DNA of 64,000 bases from Candidatus Magasanikbacteria bacterium CG10_big_fil_rev_8_21_14_0_10_36_32 (GCA_002778465.1 PFBV01000003.1:151736-215735), one strand, 5' to 3'; shown: positions 16,868 to 27,767, numbered from the stretch's first letter. Made by a program: numbers and translations. Notes: generated by a model from the sequence alone, not told the origin.

Positions 16868-16994
16868 GGGTTTAATTTGGTTAAAATTAACCAAAACAAA
16901 AAAATATAAAATCATACCAATTCTCAATTTTCAATCAATTTTACAATTTTTAAATTTTCAACTGGCTATTTTTTTATAAAAAATACACAGCAAA

Positions 16995-17030
16995 AAATCC
17001 GACCTTTCAGCCGGATTTTTTAAATTATTT
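16995..17030. terminator. Hairpin terminator downstream of parB
   Basis: aaaaaatccgacctttcagccggatttttt. Confidence 0.5.
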
Positions 17031-17032
17031 TT

Positions 17033-17905
17033 TTACTCACCACCATCAATCTTTTTAATAATTCTACTTAATTCTTCCTTGGAAAAATAATTTATAGTAA
17101 TCACTCCTTTTTCTCCTTTTTGCGTAATAGAAACTTTAGTCCCCAAGGCCTGTCTTAATTTTTCTTCCAAATACATCAAATTAGGATCTCGCCGCTGTGA
17201 ACCACTCGGTACTTTTTTTCTTATTTGATGCTCCAATTCACGCACAGAAATTTTTTCACCCAGCATTGAAGCCAGCATATCAAGCTGTTCCGATTTATTT
17301 TTTAAACCAAGCAAGGCGCGCGACTGTCCCATACTGATTTGCTTTTCAATTAAAGCTTTTTGTATCTCATCCGGCAATTCCAATAAACGAACAATATTTG
17401 CTACAGCTGGACGACTTTTACCAACCTTATCAGACACTTGTTCCTGTGTTAAATGAAATTCATCAATCAAACGCCTATAAGCAAAAGCTTCCTCAATCGG
17501 ATTTAAATCTTCACGTTGAATATTTTCAATTAAAGCAATTTCCAACTTTTCTTCATCCGGCAACACTTTAACAATCGCCGGAACATTGGTCAAACCGGCC
17601 AATTTAGCCGCTCGCCAACGACGTTCACCTGCCACCACTTCATAATCACCATTAGGTTTTTCAATTAAAATAATCGGCTGTAAAATTCCGTATTTTTTAA
17701 CTGAATCGGATAATTTTTCCAATTCTAACGGATCAAAATGCCGTCTTGGCTGTTTTGTGTTTGGTGTAATTTGTGTAATGGGAATCAACCAAATCTTTTG
17801 CTGTCCAGACACGACTGGTTCTTGATTAATAATTTCAGATTTTTTAATTTCTTCTTTTTTACCGGTTGAAGAAATAAGCGCCCCCAAACCTCTGCCTAAA
17901 GACAT
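17033..17905 (-). CDS. parB: Chromosome partitioning protein ParB (Spo0J)
   Basis: ParB box GERRWRAA, an HTH region and a C-terminal dimerization domain. Confidence 0.9.
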   Translation of the reverse strand: MSLGRGLGALISSTGKKEEIKKSEIINQEPVVSGQQKIWLIPITQITPNTKQPRRHFDPLELEKLSDSVKKYGILQPIILIEKPNGDYEVVAGERRWRAAKLAGLTNVPAIVKVLPDEEKLEIALIENIQREDLNPIEEAFAYRRLIDEFHLTQEQVSDKVGKSRPAVANIVRLLELPDEIQKALIEKQISMGQSRALLGLKNKSEQLDMLASMLGEKISVRELEHQIRKKVPSGSQRRDPNLMYLEEKLRQALGTKVSITQKGEKGVITINYFSKEELSRIIKKIDGGE

Positions 17906-17916
17906 AAAATTGAAAA

Positions 17917-18693
17917 TTAAAATTGATTATTTTCAAAACGTTCTAAAAACTCTCTTGTTAAACGCTCATACGCCTTCGCTCCCTTTCCGCCAGGTTCATA
18001 ATGAAATATGCTTTGGCCATAACTTGGCGCTTCAGCCAAACGAACAGTGCGCGGCACCACCGAACGAAAAATATTATCCGGAAAAAATTTATACAATTCA
18101 TGCATTACTTCCTCAGACAAACGATTACGTGAATCATACATAGTCAAAACCGCGCCTAAAACTTTCAAATCAGGTTTTATATTTTCTCTAACCAAATTAA
18201 TCGTTTTTAATAATTGTCCCAGCCCTTCCAATGCATAATATTCGGCCTGAACCGGAATCAAAATATAATCAGCGGCAACCAAACCATTCAAAGTTAAAAT
18301 TCCTAGAGATGGCGGACAATCTATAATAATATAATCGTAAGCATGCTTAGCTTCAGACAAAATATCAGACAATTTATTTTCACGACCTTCCACGTTAACC
18401 AATTCAATATTGGCGCCGGCTAAATCCGGTGTAGCCGGAGCAACTCGCAAACCCTCATGTGAAGTATTGCACACAACATCATACAAACGATTTGTGCCAA
18501 TAATTGAATGATAAAGTCCTTTTTCCAATTCCGCATGTTTTATACCCAATCCGGAAGTGGCGTTTCCTTGCGGGTCTAAATCAACCAACAAAACAAATTT
18601 GCCGGCTTCAGCTAATCCGGCGGCTAAATTAACGGCGGTGGTTGTTTTACCTACCCCGCCCTTTTGATTTACAACAGAAATTACCAATGACAT
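17917..18693 (-). CDS. parA: Chromosome partitioning ATPase ParA (Soj). The ORF track extends it to 18771; the likely start is MSLVISVVNQKGG.
   Basis: Deviant Walker A motif VVNQKGGVGKTTT. Overall ParA/MinD fold signature. Confidence 0.9.
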   Translation of the reverse strand: MSLVISVVNQKGGVGKTTTAVNLAAGLAEAGKFVLLVDLDPQGNATSGLGIKHAELEKGLYHSIIGTNRLYDVVCNTSHEGLRVAPATPDLAGANIELVNVEGRENKLSDILSEAKHAYDYIIIDCPPSLGILTLNGLVAADYILIPVQAEYYALEGLGQLLKTINLVRENIKPDLKVLGAVLTMYDSRNRLSEEVMHELYKFFPDNIFRSVVPRTVRLAEAPSYGQSIFHYEPGGKGAKAYERLTREFLERFENNQF

Positions 18694-18808
18694 AACAAAA
18701 ATAAACCAATTATCTACTGTTATTTTAGCATATTTCACCAAAAAGATAAAATACCAATTATGGCTTGACAAAACTGTCTAAATAAACTACAATTGATAAC
18801 GTTAATTT

Positions 18809-18890
18809 GGGCGAGTGGCGGAATTGGTAGACGCGCACGACTCAAAATCGTGTTCCTTCGGGAGTGAGAGTTCGATTCTCTCCCCGCCCA
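18809..18890 (+). tRNA. tRNA-Leu (anticodon CAA)
   Basis: GGGCGAGTGGCGGAATTGGTAGACGCGCACGACTCAAAATCGTG...GAGAGTTCGATTCTCTCCCCGCCCA. Long variable arm (class II), anticodon loop CU-CAA-AA. Followed by a hairpin terminator at 18892-18923. Confidence 0.85.
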
Positions 18891-19053
18891 CAAAAAACTC
18901 TGACTAAAAAGTCAGAGTTTTTATCTTGACTAATCTTAAAATATATGCTATGTTTATTATATAAAATAAACTTGCTCTTTTAAAATTAATGGTTTTTAAA
19001 ATTAATTATACTCACAAAACAAACAACATCTTCTAAATAAAGGGAAATCAAAA

Positions 19054-19416
19054 ATGAACGAAAACAAAATTACTCTGATGTTTTCTCAAGTAGCTATTAA
19101 AATACTAAAGAACATTGTCATTAGACACAACATTAAACTCGCAGACGTTATATCACATGCTTTAGTATTGGTAAATTGGGCAGAAGCAGCCGACAAAAAC
19201 GGAGACATAATTTGTTTAAAAAATGGTCGAACAGGTAAAATCACTGAAATGAATTTCCTGTGGCCAAAACCCCAAACTAAACAACCAGAACAAACACCAA
19301 AGCTAGTACTGATTAACTGCAATCCTAATGCCAAACCATCACCACCTCGTCTTTTGCCACCGCTCCAATCCGTTATTGATCCGACAACCGATTCTAAAAA
19401 TCTGGAAAATAAATAA
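19054..19416 (+). CDS. Hypothetical protein, possibly with an RHH-like N-terminus and a Pro-rich tail
   Basis: ORF followed by a hairpin terminator (19437-19472). No confident motif. Confidence 0.35.
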   Translation: MNENKITLMFSQVAIKILKNIVIRHNIKLADVISHALVLVNWAEAADKNGDIICLKNGRTGKITEMNFLWPKPQTKQPEQTPKLVLINCNPNAKPSPPRLLPPLQSVIDPTTDSKNLENK

Positions 19417-19515
19417 TATTTAAAAACTGTTAATTAGTCCACCCCCAAATCATTATGGTTTGGGGGTTTTAAAAAACTTGAAAACTTTTTATTTTTTAGA
19501 TAAACTATCTCTAAT

Positions 19516-20538
19516 ATGAATTTCATCAGCATTATTATAGAGGGATACTTAATCGTGGCTGTCACGATTGTTTTTATTTTATTACGTGATTTAAAAAGAT
19601 TAAAAAATGTTTCAAAAAATAATAATCATTATCGATTTAAACATTTTTACCCGTTTTACGGACCAGGCAAAGTTTGGGCCGTGAGCGTTATTATTATATT
19701 AATGATTGGAATTATAGTTGGCATAGACAGCCGGTTTTTTGAAATTAACCATATTACAATTAAAAATACAGAGATACAAACAATTTCGATTCAACAACCT
19801 ATAAAAATTGCATGGCTAACGGATTTACAATTGGGTAATCATAAAAAAGATGCTTGGTTAAAAAAAATCATCAATAAACTGGACAACATAAAACCTGATT
19901 TAATTTTGTTGGGAGGAGATTTAATTGATAATGAAGGAAGCTATGAAAATGAAAGTCAATATTTTGAGCCATTAAAAAAAATTACCAATAAATACCCAAT
20001 TTATTATATAATGGGAAATCATGAATATGGTGTGGGTAGCGCCAGTCGTGGTCACCCGGAATGGCAAACTGGCGACCGCTCAAAAGATTTAATGAAAAAA
20101 ATGGATGAAATTGGAATACCATTGTTATTAAATCAACTTGAATGTTTAAACATCAACAACCAATCACTTTGTATATTTGGTGTTGATGATTTTTGGGCCA
20201 AACCTATTGTTTTTGACGATTTAAAAAAATGGGATCAAATTACACCTTTAATTTTTATTACACACAACCCTGATGCTGTACAATTTTGGCCATCAAACAC
20301 AAATCTTCCAATTATAACCTTGGCTGGACACACTCATGGTGGACAAGTTTGGCTACCAATTGTTAAACGCCCCCTGCTAACAGCCGAAGTTGATCTAGGA
20401 TTTAAATACTACCGCGGACTAAATTATTGGAATAATATTCCAATTTATACTTCAACCGGATTAGGTGAATCGGGTGGACCTGTTCGTTTTTGTGCCCTAC
20501 CCGAAATAAGTGTCATTGAATTAATACCCGCTAATTAA
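19516..20538 (+). CDS. Membrane-anchored calcineurin-like metallophosphoesterase
   Basis: N-terminal TM helices. Phosphoesterase motifs GDLID, GNHEY and GHTHGGQ. Confidence 0.8.
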   Translation: MNFISIIIEGYLIVAVTIVFILLRDLKRLKNVSKNNNHYRFKHFYPFYGPGKVWAVSVIIILMIGIIVGIDSRFFEINHITIKNTEIQTISIQQPIKIAWLTDLQLGNHKKDAWLKKIINKLDNIKPDLILLGGDLIDNEGSYENESQYFEPLKKITNKYPIYYIMGNHEYGVGSASRGHPEWQTGDRSKDLMKKMDEIGIPLLLNQLECLNINNQSLCIFGVDDFWAKPIVFDDLKKWDQITPLIFITHNPDAVQFWPSNTNLPIITLAGHTHGGQVWLPIVKRPLLTAEVDLGFKYYRGLNYWNNIPIYTSTGLGESGGPVRFCALPEISVIELIPAN

Positions 20539-20567
20539 AAAAATCCCCTTTCGGGGATTTTTTTAAT

Positions 20568-21050
20568 CTATGGTTTATTTTCCCAATAAGCTTCTCCTTC
20601 TTTTTCCAACTTTTCTAATCGATCATAATAATCACGTATTTCATTCAAATGAGCCAAAGCTATTTTTCCGGTTAATTCAGGATCGTCGTTGGTTACATTG
20701 GTGGAAGAATCACGGGTACCATGTTCTAATTCCACATCCAAACCTATCCTAAATTGATTAACATCCCATTTGTCCCATTTAATTCCCAATTTATCGCCAA
20801 TAATTTTAGCTTCTTCGGCAGAAAAAGATTTTTTACTATCTGTTTTTCTTTTGCTAAAAATAAAAATATATAAAATTTCCAAAACTCCCAATAAATTTAT
20901 AACCAACAACGCGCCAAACCAAATCTTCTGATTTTTCCGACCAGCAATCCACAATGCCCAGGCTTTCCAAAAAATCGTCCAAACCACCAAGATTGGCATA
21001 AAAGAAATATACAGACTCATAAACGGCCCGTAACCCATTGCTTCGTGCAT
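20568..21050 (-). CDS. Hypothetical membrane protein (2 TM helices plus a C-terminal soluble domain)
   Basis: No recognized motif. Flanked at 20541-20566 by a bidirectional terminator (aaaaaatcccctttcggggattttttt). Confidence 0.4.
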   Translation of the reverse strand: MHEAMGYGPFMSLYISFMPILVVWTIFWKAWALWIAGRKNQKIWFGALLVINLLGVLEILYIFIFSKRKTDSKKSFSAEEAKIIGDKLGIKWDKWDVNQFRIGLDVELEHGTRDSSTNVTNDDPELTGKIALAHLNEIRDYYDRLEKLEKEGEAYWENKP

Positions 21051-21077
21051 ATATTTAAAATTAATAATTAAAAAATT

Positions 21078-22370
21078 TTAAGGATATAATCGTCCGATAG
21101 TTCTTGGAAAAGGAATGCATTCGCGAACATGCTCAACGCCTGTAATCCAACGAACTGCCCGCTCCAATCCGATACCAAATCCTGAATGAGGCACACTGCC
21201 ATAACGCCGCAAATCTAAATACCATTGATAATCTTTTTCGTTCAAACCTTCTTTTTTAATTCGTTCCAGTAAAAAATCAACATTATCCTCACGTTGACTG
21301 CCACCAATCAATTCTCCGCCACCTTCGGTGGCAATTAAATCGGCGCATAATACCGCTTTTGGATTCTGCGGATCAATTTTCATATAAAAAGCCTTAATAT
21401 CTTTTGGCCATTTTTCCACAAAAATTGGCACCTCACTATTTTTAGTTAACATCACTTCATCATCATTACCCAAATCTTCACCATATTTTATATCTGAACC
21501 TAATTCATTAAGCCTTTTAATTGTTTGTTCATAAGTCAAACGAATAAAAGGCGCATCAGCTTTTTTTAATTTTTCTACATCGCGTTCTAAAATTTCCAAT
21601 TCTTCACGACAATGTTCTAAACAATAACGAATAACATAACGAACCATTCCTTCTTGAATTTTTAAATTTTCATCATGTTCAACAAATGCGGCCTCAGCAT
21701 CCATCATCCAAAATTCGGTCAGATGTCGTTTTGTTTTACTTTTTTCAGCTCTAAAAACAGGACCAAAATCATAACATCTCCCAACTGACGCAATAGCTGC
21801 TTCAATATATAATTGTCCGGATTGTGACAAATAAGCTGTTCCTAAATCAAAATAAGGCACGGGAAACAAAGTGGTAGTGCCTTCACAGGCATTGGGCGTA
21901 AAAACCGGAGAATCTACCCTGACAAAATTTTGCTGGTGCAAATATTCATTAATAGCAGTGATAATGGCGTCACGAATTATTAAAATTGCCCACTGTTTGC
22001 GACTACGCAGCCAAAGATGCCTATTTTCCATTAAAAAATCTGGTCCATGTTCTTTTTTAGCAATTGGATAATTTTCCGCTAATTGAATAATTTTTAGATT
22101 GGTTAATTGTAATTCATAAATACCTTCTTTTTTGGGATGTTTAGAAACTTTTCCAGAAATTTCTACTGAAGATTCTTGACTCACTTTTTCAACTTCTAAC
22201 CAAATTTCCACTGGTAATTCCTTTTTTGCTGCTATCGCCTGAATCCAACCAGTTCCATCACGCAACTCCAAAAAAGCAATCGGTCCGGATGAACGTTTAT
22301 TATATAACCAACCTTTAATTATAACTTCTTGACCAACAAAATCAGATAAATTTTTAATAAAAGTATTCAT
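21078..22370 (-). CDS. asnS: Asparagine--tRNA ligase (class IIb). An AspRS-type enzyme is not excluded.
   Basis: N-terminal OB fold, class II motifs (FRAE..., GGSQRE, GFGIGLER) and the C-terminal ...CIPFPRT typical of AsnRS. Confidence 0.75.
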   Translation of the reverse strand: MNTFIKNLSDFVGQEVIIKGWLYNKRSSGPIAFLELRDGTGWIQAIAAKKELPVEIWLEVEKVSQESSVEISGKVSKHPKKEGIYELQLTNLKIIQLAENYPIAKKEHGPDFLMENRHLWLRSRKQWAILIIRDAIITAINEYLHQQNFVRVDSPVFTPNACEGTTTLFPVPYFDLGTAYLSQSGQLYIEAAIASVGRCYDFGPVFRAEKSKTKRHLTEFWMMDAEAAFVEHDENLKIQEGMVRYVIRYCLEHCREELEILERDVEKLKKADAPFIRLTYEQTIKRLNELGSDIKYGEDLGNDDEVMLTKNSEVPIFVEKWPKDIKAFYMKIDPQNPKAVLCADLIATEGGGELIGGSQREDNVDFLLERIKKEGLNEKDYQWYLDLRRYGSVPHSGFGIGLERAVRWITGVEHVRECIPFPRTIGRLYP

Positions 22371-22416
22371 ACAATATTTTAATTAATACTATAATATTAC
22401 AGTACTTTTAATAATT

Positions 22417-23154
22417 TTACAAGATATTAAATCTTATCATATTAAGCTTTTTTTCACTATAATATTCAACAAATTTATAAATTGTTTGTTTTAATTTATC
22501 ATTTATTATGAGAGGAATTTTGTCCCAATCATTATTTAATAACTCACACCAAACTTTGATATCATTATTTAATAACGGCAAATAAATTTCATCATTTCTA
22601 TTTATTTTAAATATACAATCAGAACAAACAATTCCACCGGCAGTTAACTTAAAAAAAATTTCATTATATGATTTTGTTGAATTTAAAAATCTCTTGTTGC
22701 AAACAATACAGTGACTTAAAACTGGAACAAACCCCAAAACAGCAATCATTTTAACCATAAAACTAATTATTAAAACAGATGATATCTGTTTAGAATCATT
22801 TAAATAATTCAACCAACTATGCAACATGTTAAAAATTTTAATTTCTCTCTCATTTTCGTGTAATAATCTTTCAACCAAACTTACGGTGACACCTGCTAAC
22901 AAACTTTTATTTAAATCGGTTCTAATTTTGTTAAAACTATTAATCGGTTGCACACTAGCCAAACGACTTAATTCTTTTCCAGAAATAATTTCCGCTTCCA
23001 CCAAAAAAAACGGCTCCAAAAAAGCCGAATTTTTACTAATTATTTTTTTTATTCCTTTGGCTAAAACTTCAATTTTTCCTTTTTCTAAAGTATACAAAAT
23101 GATTATCTGGTCAGTTTCTCGAAAATTACGCCTGGACAAAACAAACGCAATCAT
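22417..23154 (-). CDS. recO: DNA repair protein RecO
   Basis: N-terminal OB fold (MIAFVLSRRNFRETDQIIILYT) and a C-x2-C...C-x2-C zinc motif. Confidence 0.8.
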   Translation of the reverse strand: MIAFVLSRRNFRETDQIIILYTLEKGKIEVLAKGIKKIISKNSAFLEPFFLVEAEIISGKELSRLASVQPINSFNKIRTDLNKSLLAGVTVSLVERLLHENEREIKIFNMLHSWLNYLNDSKQISSVLIISFMVKMIAVLGFVPVLSHCIVCNKRFLNSTKSYNEIFFKLTAGGIVCSDCIFKINRNDEIYLPLLNNDIKVWCELLNNDWDKIPLIINDKLKQTIYKFVEYYSEKKLNMIRFNIL

Positions 23155-23537
23155 ATTTTTTGCCTTGTTAAATAAGTTTCTAAAATTAGCATGGCTGATT
23201 TTTCATCACGACTTACTTCACCACCTAATTGATCAGCAGCTTGTGAAGAAAAACGTTCATCAACAAACTCCATCGGCAAAGATATTTGTTTTTTAATACC
23301 CTCAACAAAATTTCTAACTCTTTCAGTATTAGGACACTCCTGTCCTTGTTGATTTAATGGCAAGCCAAAAATTATTTTATCCGGCTTTTCCGTCATAACT
23401 AATTTAATAAGATTTTGGCTTATTTCAGCCAAATTTTTACCAACAATCAAACCAAATGGTAAAACAATTTTCAAATCTGTATCCACCCAAGCTAACCCCA
23501 TTTTTTTGGTACCAAAATCAATTGATAAAATATTCAT
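23151..23537 (-). CDS. ruvX: Holliday junction resolvase-like RuvX/YqgF
   Basis: MNILSIDFGTKKMGLAWVD and the RNase H-like YqgF signature. Confidence 0.85.
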   Translation of the reverse strand: MNILSIDFGTKKMGLAWVDTDLKIVLPFGLIVGKNLAEISQNLIKLVMTEKPDKIIFGLPLNQQGQECPNTERVRNFVEGIKKQISLPMEFVDERFSSQAADQLGGEVSRDEKSAMLILETYLTRQKI

Positions 23538-23542
23538 ATTTT

Positions 23543-24370
23543 TTATTTAATTTCTCCAGGCCGTCGTGTCACTACTACTGGACCATTTTCTTTTATAATA
23601 ATTGTATGCTCAAAATGCGCACAAATTGACTTATCTGCCATTTCTATTGTCCACCCATCTTTATTTGTTTTAACTCTATGACTACCAAGAGAAATCATTG
23701 GTTCTAAAGCCAAAACCATTCCCGGCTGTAAAATAACATTTTCTAATTTTTTATCAAAATAATTCGGTATTCGCGGTTCTTCATGAACAGCATGACCAAC
23801 TCCATGACCGACCAAATCACGCACTATACCATAATTACCTTGCGAACGAACATAATTTTCAATTGACCGCCCAATATCAGCCACACTATTCCCTGGCTGA
23901 GCCGCCCTTATGCCACATTCCAAAGCTTCCTTGGTAACTTTAACCAACTCTTTAATTTTTGGCAAAGTAACGCCAACTAAAACCGTAATTGATGTATCAG
24001 TAAAAAATCCATGTCTTTTTTGTTTAAAAATTTTTAATTTTTTTTGATAACGAGGATACTCCATTCCAATATCAATACTTAACAGATCCCCTTCATGTAA
24101 AACTGTTTCTTTTTTTGCAATACCATGAACTAACTCTTGATTTAAGGAAGCACAAATCGTGGCTGGAAACGGAGGATCATAATAACTTGAAGAATAACCT
24201 TTAAACGACGGTTTTCCTCCAGCTTTAATAATCATTTTTTCCGCCGCCTGATCAATTTCCCAAGTAGAAACTCCCGGTTTGCACATTGCCGCTAATTTAG
24301 ACAATATTTGACCAAGAATTTTACCGCCTTTTCTTATTTCTTCCAATTCTTTTGTGGTTTTAATCAACAT
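23543..24370 (-). CDS. map: Methionine aminopeptidase type I
   Basis: Pita-bread fold metal ligands (D..D..H..E..E) and VGHGVGHAVHEEP. Confidence 0.9.
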   Translation of the reverse strand: MLIKTTKELEEIRKGGKILGQILSKLAAMCKPGVSTWEIDQAAEKMIIKAGGKPSFKGYSSSYYDPPFPATICASLNQELVHGIAKKETVLHEGDLLSIDIGMEYPRYQKKLKIFKQKRHGFFTDTSITVLVGVTLPKIKELVKVTKEALECGIRAAQPGNSVADIGRSIENYVRSQGNYGIVRDLVGHGVGHAVHEEPRIPNYFDKKLENVILQPGMVLALEPMISLGSHRVKTNKDGWTIEMADKSICAHFEHTIIIKENGPVVVTRRPGEIK

Positions 24371-24373
24371 AAA

Positions 24374-25036
24374 TTATGATTTAATAGCTCTGTCCACTTC
24401 AACTTCCACTTCTTCAATTGTACCCATTCCATCAACTATTTTTAATTTATTTAAATTTTTGTAATAATCTACAATTGGCTGCAACGCTACACTACCTTGT
24501 CTATCAATGCGATCCTTGATTACTTCCTCGTTATCATCATGACGTATTTTTAAATTTCCGCCACATTTCGGGCATTTTATATAGTCTTTAGCTTTACCAA
24601 CCCATGGAATTATTTCCTGACAAGCCTCACAAACACGCCGTTTAGTTAATCTAGCAAAAGCTTCTTCGTCACTAATCATAATCGCCACTGCTAAAAATTC
24701 TTTTTCTAAAGCTTTTTTTTCTAAATAATTTTGCAATTCTTCGGCCTGATTCACGGTTCTAATTGCCCCATCAAAAACAACTCCTTGTCCGAAAATATTT
24801 TCTTCTATTACATTAAAAACTAATTTTAAAATAAACCAATCCGGCGCTAATTTACCTAATTGAATAGAATCATTAATAATCACTTTTTCTTCATCGGTTA
24901 AATCAGTCCTGTTAATCATGTTGCGCAATAAATCACCGGTGGAAACATGTTTATAACCATATTTAGCTGACACCTTTTTAGCTTGTGTTCCTTTGCCGGA
25001 ACCCGGTGGACCAATAAAAATCAAAAATTTTTTCAT
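24374..25036 (-). CDS. adk: Adenylate kinase. Likely start MKKFLIFIGPPGSGKGT; the ORF track extends it to 25069.
   Basis: P-loop GPPGSGKGTQ and a LID domain with a C-x2-C...C-x2-C zinc motif. Confidence 0.9.
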   Translation of the reverse strand: MKKFLIFIGPPGSGKGTQAKKVSAKYGYKHVSTGDLLRNMINRTDLTDEEKVIINDSIQLGKLAPDWFILKLVFNVIEENIFGQGVVFDGAIRTVNQAEELQNYLEKKALEKEFLAVAIMISDEEAFARLTKRRVCEACQEIIPWVGKAKDYIKCPKCGGNLKIRHDDNEEVIKDRIDRQGSVALQPIVDYYKNLNKLKIVDGMGTIEEVEVEVDRAIKS

Positions 25037-25037
25037 A

Positions 25038-25340
25038 TTATGAAAAATGTTGTGAAAAATAATTTTCAAAAACTTTCATTAACTTAATTCTATCATTTTT
25101 ACTAATTTTTTTAGACTTTTCTAAATATCTTAATGTTTCAAAAATCTTTCTCAAAGAAATTTTTCCATCTGAATGACGAGCTAACAAAACAGCTTTCTCC
25201 ACCGTATTTTCTTCATTTTCACTCACATTTGGTAAATGAATGGAATTAAATAAACGATGAATCTCTTGTTCATTAATAATTTTTTCCTGATTGGAATATT
25301 TACCAGCGCTTCCGCCGAAAAATACGCTAAAAAATGACAT
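25038..25340 (-). CDS. Hypothetical small protein between secY and adk
   Basis: 100-aa ORF with no homology recognized. It occupies the position where infA/rpmJ usually sit. Confidence 0.3.
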   Translation of the reverse strand: MSFFSVFFGGSAGKYSNQEKIINEQEIHRLFNSIHLPNVSENEENTVEKAVLLARHSDGKISLRKIFETLRYLEKSKKISKNDRIKLMKVFENYFSQHFS

Positions 25341-25410
25341 AAAATAAAAATTAAAAAGAAATTACTGCTTCCATTATAATAACAGATTAAACCTGATTTT
25401 TCAACAATTA

Positions 25411-25438
25411 AAATCCCCGCTTAAAAGCGGGGATTTTA
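25411..25438. terminator. Bidirectional hairpin terminator
   Basis: aaaatccccgcttaaaagcggggatttt. Confidence 0.6.
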
Positions 25439-25459
25439 TATTTTTTTATTATTTAATTT

Positions 25460-26737
25460 TTATACATGATCGTATTCATGCATCATCATCTGTGCTTCAA
25501 TTTGTTTGGCTGTCTCAATAGCTACTGCTACCACGATCAAAATACTAGTACCACCAATAGTCAAAACCTGCGAACCGGTAAAAACTTGTAAAATCAACGG
25601 CAATACGGCAATCAAACCCAAAAACGACGCACCAACTAAATTAATTCTCTTAACCACTCCGCCAATATAACTTTCGGTTTCGTTGCCCGGACGAATTCCA
25701 GGTACAAAACCACCTTGTTTTTGTAAATTTTCAGCGATTTTTTTCGGATGAAAAATAACAGAAGTGTAGAAAAAAGTAAAACCAAACACCATGCCAAAAT
25801 AAGCTAAGCCGTAAAATAATTGATTATTAAATAATCTAATGATAAATTCTGCAATATCCTTAATCCATTCCGCCCGAGCGTTAATAAAAAATTGCGCTAA
25901 CATTGGAGGTATCACAACTAAAGAGATGGCAAAAATAATAGGAATTACACCTGCCATATTAACTCTTAACGGCAAATGAGTGTTTGATCCTCCATAAACA
26001 TGATTACCGCGAACCTGTTTGGCATAACTTACCGGAATATTACGTTGACCTTCATTAACAAATACTACTCCCACCACAGTTAACACCGCAACCGCAACAA
26101 ACATTAAAATTGTATAAAAATTAGAAGAACTATAATTTACAAATGCTCCAGCCATTGAACTTGGCATTCCAGAAACAATGCCGGCAAAAATCAATAAAGA
26201 AATACCATTACCAACTTTTCGTTCTGAAATTAATTCTCCTAACCAAACTAAAAACATTGTACCGGCAGTAATACCAACCATAATGGTTAACATCTGAAAA
26301 AAAGTCATATCAACCGGTAAAATTGATTTTCCAGAAGCTCCCAACATTCTAATCATGGCAAATGATTGTAAAAATGCCAACGGAACAGTCAACCAGCGAG
26401 TATACATATTTATACGCTGATGTCCGCTTTCACCTTCTTTAGACATTTCTTCCAATTTAGGAACAATCATTGTTAATAATTGGAAAATGATTGATGAAGT
26501 AATGTACGGCGCCACTCCCAACATGATTAAAGAAAAATTCATGATTGTTCCGCCAGAAAATAAATCAAGCATTTTAAACATTTGCTGGCCTTGTAAAAAA
26601 TCACGCAAATTTTCAACATTAACTCCGGGCACCGGAATATGGGCAACTAAACGAAAAATTACCAAAAGACCCAAAACAATTAAAATATTATTTCTAACAT
26701 CTTTGGTTTTCCAAATTTTCATTATTTTATCCCACAT
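25460..26737 (-). CDS. secY: Preprotein translocase SecY
   Basis: 10-TM SecY signature. Confidence 0.92.
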   Translation of the reverse strand: MWDKIMKIWKTKDVRNNILIVLGLLVIFRLVAHIPVPGVNVENLRDFLQGQQMFKMLDLFSGGTIMNFSLIMLGVAPYITSSIIFQLLTMIVPKLEEMSKEGESGHQRINMYTRWLTVPLAFLQSFAMIRMLGASGKSILPVDMTFFQMLTIMVGITAGTMFLVWLGELISERKVGNGISLLIFAGIVSGMPSSMAGAFVNYSSSNFYTILMFVAVAVLTVVGVVFVNEGQRNIPVSYAKQVRGNHVYGGSNTHLPLRVNMAGVIPIIFAISLVVIPPMLAQFFINARAEWIKDIAEFIIRLFNNQLFYGLAYFGMVFGFTFFYTSVIFHPKKIAENLQKQGGFVPGIRPGNETESYIGGVVKRINLVGASFLGLIAVLPLILQVFTGSQVLTIGGTSILIVVAVAIETAKQIEAQMMMHEYDHV

Positions 26738-26770
26738 AATATTAAGATTTGAATAATAACCTTAATTTTA

Positions 26771-27211
26771 TTATTTAATTTCACCGCCAACTTTTTCAAT
26801 AGCTTCTTTTGCGCCTTTTGTGCATTTCAAACCTTCTACTGTCAATTTCTTGGTCAAAGTGCCTTTTAAAACTATTTTAGCCGCAGAACTATTAATGCTA
26901 ATAATTTTTTTATCTTTTAAAACGGTTAAATTAACAGTTTCTCCATCTTTAAATTTTTTATCTAAATCATATAGATAAATTTCAATCGGTTTAACAGCTA
27001 AACTTTTAAAACCGCCCAACTTTGGGGTGGACTGCATCATTCTTTTAAAAGCTTTGGTGTGTAAACGATGACTACCTCCGGAACGAGCTGTCTGTCCCTT
27101 ACCTCCGCGCGTTGAATAAGTGCCATGTCCGGAAGCATTGCCGCGTCCAACTCTTTTCATTCCACGTTTTGAACCTTTAGATGGTTTAATTGTGTGAATA
27201 GCTAATGTCAT
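26771..27211 (-). CDS. rplO: 50S ribosomal protein L15
   Basis: Gly/Arg-rich N-terminus RGGKGQTARSG. Confidence 0.9.
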   Translation of the reverse strand: MTLAIHTIKPSKGSKRGMKRVGRGNASGHGTYSTRGGKGQTARSGGSHRLHTKAFKRMMQSTPKLGGFKSLAVKPIEIYLYDLDKKFKDGETVNLTVLKDKKIISINSSAAKIVLKGTLTKKLTVEGLKCTKGAKEAIEKVGGEIK

Positions 27212-27221
27212 AATCTAAATT

Positions 27222-27767
27222 TTAATTTGTTTTTTCTTCAATTTTTATGTTCTTTGCAACTTGTAAACGACGACGTCCAGTTTTAAAACTTTGCAAAGCT
27301 TCAAAAGTCGCTTTAGCAATAGCAATCTTATTTTTTGTTTTTCCTAAAATTTTTGAAGAAATATTAGGAATACCTGCCAAATCTAAAACCGCTCTAACTG
27401 CCCCACCGGCAATAATACCAGATCCTTCTGGGGCTGGTTTCAACATAATTTTAGCCGCCTTAAATTTAGAATAAACCATATGTGGAATAGTAGCTTTGAC
27501 AATCGGCACAGTAATTATATGTTTACGAGCCTGCTTAACAGATTTTTCTACCCCCAACTGCACATCCTTACCCTTTGCTAATCCAAAACCAACCCTGCCA
27601 TGACGATCTCCCAAAATAACACAAGCTCGAAAACTTAAATGTTTTCCACCCTTAGTTACACGGGTTACTCTTGCTAAATCTAAAATATATTGATCAAATT
27701 CTTTTTTTTCTTCTCTGGGGCGACGATCGCCTCTTCTTCCACCTGATTTATTCATCATACAAATCAA
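27222..27767 (-). CDS. rpsE: 30S ribosomal protein S5
   Basis: S5 dsRBD and C-terminal domain. No L30 gene lies between S5 and L15. Confidence 0.9.
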   Translation of the reverse strand: MICMMNKSGGRRGDRRPREEKKEFDQYILDLARVTRVTKGGKHLSFRACVILGDRHGRVGFGLAKGKDVQLGVEKSVKQARKHIITVPIVKATIPHMVYSKFKAAKIMLKPAPEGSGIIAGGAVRAVLDLAGIPNISSKILGKTKNKIAIAKATFEALQSFKTGRRRLQVAKNIKIEEKTN